IMG/VR virus record: IMGVR_UViG_3300025924_000020
Span: 30,963-94,962 of that record
DNA: 64,000 bases
Origin: a virus
Taxonomy: Duplodnaviria > Caudoviricetes
Reading direction: 5' to 3' (one strand)
In this document: one piece after another, positions 47,408-55,344 of the stretch
How positions within the stretch are numbered: the stretch's first letter is position 1
Layout of the letters: each line of letters begins with the position of its first letter
Notes under the pieces: generated by a model
Database searches by the model: none
Seen by the model: the letters and a program-made list of their open reading frames with translations, nothing else
What the model was told of the DNA's origin: nothing
Position numbers and translations under genes: made by a program

Positions 47408-47641
47408 AATGATGAATTTTGACGTTTTGTGGAAACATTTCCAAAGCTAAGAGACAGTTTGTATGAACGCGATAGGAAAAGTTAAGACCAACAGCTCTTT
47501 GTCCGCAAGCGGTCACTGTTGGTCTGTATCACCCTAAATTTAGCGTTTTTCGTCATTTCCTCTTCAGGAATGATGTGTAGGGGGTTTCGGTTTTGATCCC
47601 GAACAAGGGGGAGGTCTTTATGAGCGACTACAGTACTCAAC

Positions 47642-48121
47642 TCACACATTAACTTTCTCTAAGTGGTGGAGGGTTCTGTGGCAGTTTGCACATAGGGGGA
47701 TACATTTCGCTACCTCTTCTTGTATAAGACTAAGGGATTGAGTGTTTAATTTTGACAACTCAAACCTTTTGAGGGAGGAGTCTACATGGTGGAAGTCACA
47801 AAGCCAAGGGGTATCTTTAAACTCAATAGGACAATGTTGACAGGTTAAAGTCTTCTTATACTCATTAAGCCAAGATCTATTTCTTTGTCTATGTGCCTTA
47901 TTAGTTAAACTTTGCATTAACCTTTTTTGTTCCTGACTTATTGGTGGGTTATCTAATATCCATTGATCACGTCTCTCTTTACGTCTAGCTATTTTACGAT
48001 CTAAAACACAACGCTTACAGATACCATGATATCTCTGTACTCCAGCTTTATTTTTACATTTCTGGGGAAAGTCCTTCTCCAGCTCTTTAACTATACCACA
48101 CTTATTACATCTCTTTTCCAT
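47642..48121 (-). CDS. HNH endonuclease with an N-terminal Zn ribbon
   Basis: CNKC..CKRC; CQHC..DFHH..KCIPLCANCHR.LH. Confidence 0.85.
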   Translation of the reverse strand: MEKRCNKCGIVKELEKDFPQKCKNKAGVQRYHGICKRCVLDRKIARRKERRDQWILDNPPISQEQKRLMQSLTNKAHRQRNRSWLNEYKKTLTCQHCPIEFKDTPWLCDFHHVDSSLKRFELSKLNTQSLSLIQEEVAKCIPLCANCHRTLHHLEKVNV

Positions 48122-48221
48122 AGGGGGTTTTTATTTACAAAACTACAAAAAGATATTATATTATGCAAGTACTCCCTAGTAAATAAGCTGTATACACTCT
48201 AAAAATAAACTTCTCTAAATA

Positions 48222-48254
48222 TTTGGAAATGTCATTCCAAGTATTGTATCTTTG
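48222..48254 (+). promoter_or_regulatory. Bacteroidota sigma-70 promoter at the start of the late block
   Basis: TTTG (48222) - 21 nt - TATCTTTG (48247). Confidence 0.7.
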
Positions 48255-48620
48255 TGCAGCATACAAGGGAAAAAGAATAAGATATTGAAGATTTTTCCTT
48301 CCTTTCCTTAGCCCCCGACCTTGTATGCAAAATAGATAGGGGGCTTATTTCTTTTAAAGCAGTTGGATTAGTAGATAGGAGTCTGACACCAAAGCAAGCC
48401 GTAGTCCACAAGGATTCTAAGTAACACGGAACAAACATGGTAGTGGGATAAGATCAGACCTAGGGATTGCGGCAATAACCAGCCTAGAAGCTAATCTAAT
48501 GAAGAGTTCCTTGGGAAATGGCCTAGGGAGCCGCTTTGCAAGAAAAATGACTATTAAATACATATTAACTAATTACTTCTACATCTTAGATTATTCTAGG
48601 GTGAGGGGTGAGCTAAATCA

Positions 48621-48950
48621 ATGCAACCTAAACTAGAGAAAAGATGCAGGATATGCAAACACAAGAAAGACATCTATGACTTCCAAACAAGGATAGATCA
48701 GAAGAGTGGCTTAAAGGTGTTTAGAAACATTTGTGAGGCTTGTAGCACTAAAGAGTGCCCAGCTTGCAGAACAGAGACAATATTTGTAATTAACTACAAA
48801 CCACAACCAATTGAGAAGTTTACCTTCTTCAGAAAATTAGCCAGTGGAGGTAGAACCAAGAAGAAAGGCTGGCTTTGCAAATGTGGCTATTTAGTAACTT
48901 CCCAACAACATGAAGATAACAACCATAGAAATTCCAATATACGAGCTTGA
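48621..48950 (+). CDS. Zn-finger protein
   Basis: CRIC, CEAC, CPAC, CKC. Confidence 0.65.
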   Translation: MQPKLEKRCRICKHKKDIYDFQTRIDQKSGLKVFRNICEACSTKECPACRTETIFVINYKPQPIEKFTFFRKLASGGRTKKKGWLCKCGYLVTSQQHEDNNHRNSNIRA

Positions 48951-49281
48951 TATAGTGATAGTCATAGACACTTCATGGGAAGTAGCTAATAAGAAATTCA
49001 AGCTTGGCTTAGACGAAGATGATCTTAAAGCTCATGCTTGGACCAATCTTCATCCAGATTACAACGGTAGGCATGAAGTATATGTATTACTTAAACCTAA
49101 CTATTTAGATAACAATACCTTACTACATGAAATCTATCACCTTATTTCATGGATCGCTATAGCCAAGGGATTTACTTTGGATGCTAATAACGATGAACCT
49201 CAAGCCTATCTTCAAGGTTATCTTGGTAGCAAAATCCTAGAATTCAGAGACGGTTATTTATCTACACCCGAAAGGGTATAA
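48910..49281 (+). CDS. Small zincin-like metalloprotein
   Basis: LLHEIYH ... NDEPQAY. Confidence 0.7.
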   Translation: MKITTIEIPIYELDIVIVIDTSWEVANKKFKLGLDEDDLKAHAWTNLHPDYNGRHEVYVLLKPNYLDNNTLLHEIYHLISWIAIAKGFTLDANNDEPQAYLQGYLGSKILEFRDGYLSTPERV

Positions 49282-49334
49282 TTTCATTTATCTAAACGAT
49301 TTTATACCCGACTAAAAATATATTTCGTATTTTA

Positions 49335-49366
49335 TTTGGATAAATCGATTTCGTATTTTATCTTTG
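49335..49366 (+). promoter_or_regulatory. Bacteroidota sigma-70 promoter
   Basis: TTTG (49335) - 20 nt - TATCTTTG (49359). Confidence 0.7.
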
Positions 49367-49381
49367 TATCAAATAAAGGAA

Positions 49382-50347
49382 ATGGGAAAAAATTCATACT
49401 TAGGAGATTATGCAATGGTGGCTAGTAAAGGCAAAGGAGCTATTACTACAACTGAAATAGCCAAGTTGGCAAAGAAAGATTTTAAATTAAAAGGGTCAGT
49501 AGAATCAATTCGTAAAGCAATTTCTAAGGAATTATCCAGACATAAACTACAGGAAGTAACTTTCTCTAAACCCAAAGAACAGGTTAGACAGGATAAGTTT
49601 ACAACTCCAGGTGATTACCTAGTCTTAGGTTGTCTACATGTTCCAGGCCACAACAAAGCTATGTTCAATGGAGTTATTGAACTAATCAAAGACATGAAGG
49701 ACTTAAAAGGTCTAATGTTAATTGGTGACTTCTTAGATATGAATGCTTTGTCTGGACACAATAAAGGTCAGTTCACTGCAATCCCAGGTCTCACTTTAGA
49801 TGGAGAATACAAAGCTGGTAATGAAGCTTTAGATAAACTACTTATTAATCTACCCAAAGATACTTCTAAAGTTTACATATACGGTAACCATGAAGATCGT
49901 TGGAATAGATACATGAGTGATATGCAGAATGCTAAAGCTCCTATTAAATCTCCTAAAGAAGCTCTTTACTTAGAAGAAAGAGGATTCAATGTATTTGAGA
50001 ATTGGTCTAGTGATTATGTTACTTTAGGTGCTCATCTTGAACTCTTGCATGGTCAGTACTACAATACACACTGTGCTAAACAACACATAGATAAGTTACG
50101 TGGTTCAGTAATGTTTGCTCATACACATAGAATTCAAATGTATGTAGAGGGTAAGACAGGAGGATTCAATATTGGTTGGGGTGGTGATGTATCTCATCCT
50201 TTCTTCAACTATGCTGAAAGAGGAACTAAAACTCAATGGATGAATGGTTTTGCTATCGTTCATCTTGATGATAAGGGTAACTACTTTGTAAATCAAATAT
50301 TCTGTTACGATAATAAATTTTACTACAATGGGAAAACTTACTGTTAA
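49382..50347 (+). CDS. Metallophosphoesterase with an N-terminal HTH-like segment
   Basis: GCLHVP, GDFLD, GNHEDR, HG, AHTHR; ATG at 49382 lies after the promoter. Confidence 0.85.
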   Translation: MGKNSYLGDYAMVASKGKGAITTTEIAKLAKKDFKLKGSVESIRKAISKELSRHKLQEVTFSKPKEQVRQDKFTTPGDYLVLGCLHVPGHNKAMFNGVIELIKDMKDLKGLMLIGDFLDMNALSGHNKGQFTAIPGLTLDGEYKAGNEALDKLLINLPKDTSKVYIYGNHEDRWNRYMSDMQNAKAPIKSPKEALYLEERGFNVFENWSSDYVTLGAHLELLHGQYYNTHCAKQHIDKLRGSVMFAHTHRIQMYVEGKTGGFNIGWGGDVSHPFFNYAERGTKTQWMNGFAIVHLDDKGNYFVNQIFCYDNKFYYNGKTYC

Positions 50348-50513
50348 ACTTGGCCTCACTGTTGGAGCAATACTGTTGTGCATGCAAATACCAGTAGCAT
50401 ATGCGGCAATAGTACTCTATTTTGTAATCGATCAACTAGTAAACAACTATGAAAAACGAAAGGAAGGAAAAGATCAAGGAACTAAAGAAGCTAATAAAGG
50501 AATCACAAGCTGA
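50328..50513 (+). CDS. Small membrane protein
   Basis: Hydrophobic N-terminal half. Confidence 0.45.
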   Translation: MGKLTVKLGLTVGAILLCMQIPVAYAAIVLYFVIDQLVNNYEKRKEGKDQGTKEANKGITS

Positions 50514-50751
50514 ACTAATTGAGTTCATCAAGAATGACAAGATAGATGAAACCCTATCTGCAGACGATCAGAAGTTAAAGAAGAAAGAATACCAAGATGG
50601 GGTTCAAGTGCGTAAAGTAAAGTTGCAGGAGTTAAAAGAAACTCTCAACCTTACTAGAATGAATAAGTATAATTCATCATTCTTTGAATGGTTGCCCACA
50701 CCCCCAGGAAGAGCATTTAGAAAAATGGCTAGACAATCAAGATTAGCATGA
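50449..50751 (+). CDS. Hypothetical basic protein
   Basis: 100 aa ORF. Confidence 0.65.
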   Translation: MKNERKEKIKELKKLIKESQAELIEFIKNDKIDETLSADDQKLKKKEYQDGVQVRKVKLQELKETLNLTRMNKYNSSFFEWLPTPPGRAFRKMARQSRLA

Positions 50752-51215
50752 CAATATTAGCAGAGATAGCAGCAAGAATGGTTCCAATAATTGGAGCAGG
50801 ATTAGACGCCTTTGAAAAGCAAAGGGAGTTATTTCCAATTAAGTATCTAATCAAAGATATGCAAATGGCAGCTTATTGGCTACATTCTGCTAAAGTAGAT
50901 TTAGACCCAACAGACAGTGATGACATCACTACAAAGATAGATGGCACACATGTGAAAGCAGAACCAATGCCAACATTACTTAGTGTGCCAGATAATCTGG
51001 ACTTTATTAAGACAAATTTAAAGACATTGTACGCAGACATAAACATCTATCTAGATACACAAATTCTTCCTCCACAAGTCATTTACAAAATACAACGTTG
51101 TAGTGATAAGTTAATGGAAGCCTCATTTAATAATGACCTAGCCACCAACTACTATGGACAAATTACAAGATACTACACTAACGCAAGACCAACAGGAACT
51201 GAAGGAGGAAATTGA
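50748..51215 (+). CDS. Hypothetical protein
   Basis: 155 aa ORF. Confidence 0.7.
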   Translation: MTILAEIAARMVPIIGAGLDAFEKQRELFPIKYLIKDMQMAAYWLHSAKVDLDPTDSDDITTKIDGTHVKAEPMPTLLSVPDNLDFIKTNLKTLYADINIYLDTQILPPQVIYKIQRCSDKLMEASFNNDLATNYYGQITRYYTNARPTGTEGGN

Positions 51216-51768
51216 TGAGATAGTTTCCACATCAGAGAACCTTCTACGCAGTATGATTGAATCATACAAAGAAGGTTACAATAGACACAATGATAAGTAT
51301 GAGATAGATTATTATCTTACTATCACTAACCACAAAATAAACACTCCTACTAGTGGTAAGAAAGATGTTGCCTACCTCCGTCTTGAGAGAGCAATTAGAT
51401 CTAAAGAGAAAGTAATTGAAGATCCTAAAGTAGAAGGGATCAAATTACCCGAGTGGCAAACACAACTTGTACATCAGGAGATGTATGTATTCTCTTCAAT
51501 ACAAGAACGGCTTAATCCTAAAGCTCCTTGGAAAGATAAACTTTACTTAGCTTGTTTGTACAGACTCGTAGGAGCTGGTTTGGAATATGCTGAACTACTT
51601 CAGCGTATGAAGAATACAGACTTGAATACACTAAGAGAACAAGCTGAAGAAGAAACAAAGAAACCAGATATTGTAATCGCAGGAGAGATGCCTAAACCAT
51701 TGACACCTGATGAAGAGAAGTACAAAAAAGAAATTCAAGAAATTCGTAAACAAGAAGGAATAAACTAA
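51154..51768 (+). CDS. Hypothetical protein
   Basis: 204 aa ORF. Confidence 0.7.
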   Translation: MDKLQDTTLTQDQQELKEEIDEIVSTSENLLRSMIESYKEGYNRHNDKYEIDYYLTITNHKINTPTSGKKDVAYLRLERAIRSKEKVIEDPKVEGIKLPEWQTQLVHQEMYVFSSIQERLNPKAPWKDKLYLACLYRLVGAGLEYAELLQRMKNTDLNTLREQAEEETKKPDIVIAGEMPKPLTPDEEKYKKEIQEIRKQEGIN

Positions 51769-51771
51769 ACT

Positions 51772-51993
51772 ATGGAAAAAGTAAGAGGTAAATTTACATG
51801 TACTAAAGCAGTAGAAACAAGCTACGGTAAAGAAGTATCATTTTGGGCTTTGTATTCTAACACACCTGAAGACAACAGCTACTCAGCTGCAACACCAAGT
51901 GGACAGATTACTATGCTTGTAAGTAATCCTACAGCTAAAGACTTCTTTGCAGAAGGGCAAAGATACTATTTAGATTTTAGTAAAGCAGAATAA
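51772..51993 (+). CDS. Small conserved phage protein (VRxKF..TPSG..NP.A..YYLDF)
   Basis: 73 aa ORF with a recognisable motif pattern; function unknown. Confidence 0.75.
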   Translation: MEKVRGKFTCTKAVETSYGKEVSFWALYSNTPEDNSYSAATPSGQITMLVSNPTAKDFFAEGQRYYLDFSKAE

Positions 51994-51997
51994 TTTA

Positions 51998-52318
51998 ATG
52001 CAAGATCTAGTAATTAAACCATCTACAATAGGAGGATACATACGTTGTATCTCAGGATTGTTTATTACTAGATCTAATCCTAAAGGGCTAACTCCTACTG
52101 AAATAAACTTTGTAAACTTATCCTACAACGTACTAACTAAACTAAACCAACAAGAGTTTACCAAAGAAGTAAGAGAGGAGTTAGCTAATTCTATGAACAC
52201 TAAAACTCAAGTAGTTACTAATTACATTAACACGCTAAAGAAGAAAGGTGTAGTAAAAGAGAACAAGCTGCACCCTGTATTCTATAAAACTAAACTAACA
52301 ATAGAACATGTCAAGTAA
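51998..52318 (+). CDS. Winged-helix DNA-binding protein
   Basis: LTPTE..RE.LA..VTNYINTLKKKGV. Confidence 0.6.
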   Translation: MQDLVIKPSTIGGYIRCISGLFITRSNPKGLTPTEINFVNLSYNVLTKLNQQEFTKEVREELANSMNTKTQVVTNYINTLKKKGVVKENKLHPVFYKTKLTIEHVK

Positions 52319-52682
52319 TCGTACTCCTATATGGCCTGAATTTAGATATGATGTGCATGAACTAATAGACCCTCATCCTGGGGAATACGTAGAGCAGTAT
52401 ACATACATTAAAATAAAATATACCACTCTAGTGCGAAAAGTTGGCCCTTCAGGAAATTATTATTTAATACCTGTAATTAGTGAATATCAGTTTAAGAAAG
52501 CTAATCCTCTACCAATAATGACTGTCTTAAGACAATTCGTTAAAGAGGTCTATAAGGTAGAACAATTATATTTGATAAGTGGAAATGAAGAAGAAGACCG
52601 CGCTCAGATGTCAGAAATAGAAAGAGTATGCGAGACATATGCTCCTTGGATGACTAGCTACCACACCTCCAATGGCAGATAG
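52308..52682 (+). CDS. Hypothetical protein
   Basis: 124 aa ORF. Confidence 0.65.
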   Translation: MSSNRTPIWPEFRYDVHELIDPHPGEYVEQYTYIKIKYTTLVRKVGPSGNYYLIPVISEYQFKKANPLPIMTVLRQFVKEVYKVEQLYLISGNEEEDRAQMSEIERVCETYAPWMTSYHTSNGR

Positions 52683-52962
52683 AACAATGTGTAACCAAAG
52701 TATACTCAAGGAGGTAGCTTTGGAGTTAGGACTCACTCTTAAAGAAGTAAAGGAGATAGTAGATACGCAGAGTGAGTATACTAAATACGTAATAGAATCA
52801 GGAAGCTTTGACAATGTAAGATGGCCTTATCTTGGTATCTTTAGATCGAAAACAAAAGAAATACAGATGCTAAACTACATAAAAGGCATGAGTCCAGAAC
52901 AAGCTGAAGACTTCAAAAGAGCAGTAAGAACAGGTAGAATTAAATTGCAACCAAAAGAATGA
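52672..52962 (+). CDS. IHF/HU-like DNA-binding protein (crAss-type)
   Basis: ILKEVALELGLT..VKEIV..VRWPYLGIF. Confidence 0.75.
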   Translation: MADRTMCNQSILKEVALELGLTLKEVKEIVDTQSEYTKYVIESGSFDNVRWPYLGIFRSKTKEIQMLNYIKGMSPEQAEDFKRAVRTGRIKLQPKE

Positions 52963-53225
52963 TAACAGTAACATTACCAATAGAAGAATACAAAAGACTA
53001 AAAGAACTAGAATCCTACCTACCAAAGAATAGACTCACTCTAGTATTTGATAAACATAGGATAGAGCCTCTAGATCAGTTGACATTTAATGTACACGGAA
53101 CGAAAAAGGAAAAAGATACTGTTGTACTAACAACAAAGATTGGAACACTAAAATTAACTAGGATAGAAGATCTTGCAATCCTTAAAGATTATAAACTAGT
53201 TCTAGTAAAAGAAGAAAAGATATGA
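52959..53225 (+). CDS. Hypothetical protein
   Basis: 88 aa ORF. Confidence 0.6.
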   Translation: MITVTLPIEEYKRLKELESYLPKNRLTLVFDKHRIEPLDQLTFNVHGTKKEKDTVVLTTKIGTLKLTRIEDLAILKDYKLVLVKEEKI

Positions 53226-53428
53226 TAACTATAAACGAAAACACGCTTAAAGAGCTAGTACTTAGATCTGAACCAGATTTCCTTACTCAGTCTGAACTAC
53301 AACTCAATGGGTATGGTAATGTGAGGTTTTTTGGGGACAAAGATCCTACCTGGGTCTGGACTAAAGAGAGAGTAAGGAGTTGCACTATGGTAGAATTAGA
53401 TTACTTAGTTACTAAAATAGTTGAGTAA
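53222..53428 (+). CDS. Hypothetical protein
   Basis: 68 aa ORF. Confidence 0.6.
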   Translation: MITINENTLKELVLRSEPDFLTQSELQLNGYGNVRFFGDKDPTWVWTKERVRSCTMVELDYLVTKIVE

Positions 53429-53811
53429 TGGTAGACGCTAATTACAACTTCAATGCACCAGTTAAAGTTACAGAGCTAATGAGATTCGCCCGTAACGTTA
53501 ATACAGATGAAATGGAGGTCTTAGATGGAGATATAGTTCATAAGACCAAAACTGAATTTGAGGAATTCTCTAGAGATGCTTATATCTGTTGGGAAAATAT
53601 CAAAGAGTTACTTGCGTTCCCGTACAAAGATGATTGGAAGATTAAAGGAGATAAGTTCTTCATTACTCTAAAAGATTGTCCTAATGAAATGGTAGTCTTA
53701 GGTAATCTAGGCTCAATGGTAGAACATTGGACAGTATTTAGAACTAGGTATCCATTGTTCATAGAATACAAAACTCCCCCTTTCATGACTCTAACTCAAG
53801 ATCACACGTAA
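53428..53811 (+). CDS. Hypothetical protein
   Basis: 127 aa ORF. Confidence 0.65.
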   Translation: MVDANYNFNAPVKVTELMRFARNVNTDEMEVLDGDIVHKTKTEFEEFSRDAYICWENIKELLAFPYKDDWKIKGDKFFITLKDCPNEMVVLGNLGSMVEHWTVFRTRYPLFIEYKTPPFMTLTQDHT

Positions 53812-53812
53812 A

Positions 53813-54076
53813 ATGGAATGGTTTAATTATTCAGGGGACGAAGATAAGTTAATCTTTACATTCAGTAGGAAAGTCCCAATTGCTGAACAAGAACTATGGG
53901 AATTCGCTTTCAAGGAAGAAATATATACCAAGTCCATTGATGAATTAACTGATAGTGAAAAAGAAGTAGTAATTGCAAGAGTGAGATATCTATTGAGATT
54001 GCCTTTTGTAAAGGAGCGTATCCCCTACGATGAAGGATTAACTTTTAAAGACTTAGAAGAAGATGGAGTGGTTTAA
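53813..54076 (+). CDS. Hypothetical protein
   Basis: 87 aa ORF. Confidence 0.6.
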   Translation: MEWFNYSGDEDKLIFTFSRKVPIAEQELWEFAFKEEIYTKSIDELTDSEKEVVIARVRYLLRLPFVKERIPYDEGLTFKDLEEDGVV

Positions 54077-54698
54077 GATAACCGAAGAAGGTGAAATAGA
54101 ATTTGTAACCGAGGAGGTAAAACTAGTCCCAGAGGTCAAAGCTATTCTTACTAGAGAATATAACACTGAGACTGGTGATGCTCAAGGTCGTAAAAGAAAT
54201 AGGGCTAAAAGGGAATTGAAATTCTTAATTCTAAACTACTCTCCCAAATCTCCCTATAGAGACTATAGTGAGAACGAAAGAATAGAAGAAGCTATCATTG
54301 ATTGTAAGTTACCTAAAGACTTTAAACCTTCAGATGAATTGTTAGCCTTAGTTCCTAAATTCTTAGAGGGTAGAAAGAGTAGAGCTGAAAGATCATTAAC
54401 ATCCGCTAATAAGTTTCTAGATAAACTAGAAGCTCATTTAGAAAAAGTAAACCTAGATGAGCGCAGTGCTTCTGGTGGTGTAGTTCATGATCCTCAAAAG
54501 ATAATGAAGACCTTAGAGAATATTCCTTTATTCGCTATGAAGATTGAGGAGTATGAAAGACAAATTAGACAAGGTATAACAGCTAGCCCAACTTCTAAAG
54601 GAGATCACGAGTTGGGATGGATGGCAATGAATGGAATGCCAGATCCTAAAAGACCTAAAGTACAATATGAGGAAGCTGAGGATCAACAAGAGGATTAG
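54063..54698 (+). CDS. Conserved crAss-like protein upstream of TerL (possible small terminase)
   Basis: D..K.RA.REL..SPY..Y.E.ER pattern; position. Confidence 0.55.
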   Translation: MEWFKITEEGEIEFVTEEVKLVPEVKAILTREYNTETGDAQGRKRNRAKRELKFLILNYSPKSPYRDYSENERIEEAIIDCKLPKDFKPSDELLALVPKFLEGRKSRAERSLTSANKFLDKLEAHLEKVNLDERSASGGVVHDPQKIMKTLENIPLFAMKIEEYERQIRQGITASPTSKGDHELGWMAMNGMPDPKRPKVQYEEAEDQQED

Positions 54699-54861
54699 AC
54701 TTCTAGCTATTAAGAGAATTCTTAAGAAATTAGGGATCGAATATGACAGAAGGAATCAAGAACCTTATGGATACGCAGATCCTTATGAAATTTATAAGCA
54801 AATAGAATATTGGCAAGATAGAAGAGAAGAATTAACTAAACAAAACATGAAAGATTTATGA
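54631..54861 (+). CDS. Hypothetical protein
   Basis: 76 aa ORF. Confidence 0.5.
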   Translation: MECQILKDLKYNMRKLRINKRIRLLAIKRILKKLGIEYDRRNQEPYGYADPYEIYKQIEYWQDRREELTKQNMKDL

Positions 54862-55214
54862 TTTGGATACTATATATAATTCTCGATGCGCTAGTCAACT
54901 GGTACATTATTGTAAAGAAGAAGGAATCACCAGATCACTTTGTGATGACTATTATTCGTGGCATAGCTGCTATCATCTATGGAGGATTTATCATAGATGT
55001 AACACCTAGTCTATTTTGGTACTGGTTCTTCTTTTGTACAACTTCTTTTTGGGTTCTATTTGATCCATTGTTGAATGTACTTAGAGGATTGAATCCTTTC
55101 TATATTGGTCAAACAGCTAAGTTAGATCAACTAGGAAACAAGTATAAACCTTGGTACTGGTTGGCTAAAGTATTAGCAGCTGGTACTAGCTTCTTAATGT
55201 ATACACACTTATAA
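54858..55214 (+). CDS. Multi-pass membrane protein
   Basis: Four hydrophobic segments; FD..LN.LRG..FYIG..A.LD. Confidence 0.7.
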   Translation: MIWILYIILDALVNWYIIVKKKESPDHFVMTIIRGIAAIIYGGFIIDVTPSLFWYWFFFCTTSFWVLFDPLLNVLRGLNPFYIGQTAKLDQLGNKYKPWYWLAKVLAAGTSFLMYTHL

Positions 55215-55344
55215 TGGAGACATACTATTACACTAATAAGTCTGGGCAGAAAGTACAAGGTGTTAGACATCTTAACTTTAGAATTGAAACAATTCAGCAT
55301 AACGAACAAATGCTGATTAGAGAATTAAAGAAATACATGAAAGA

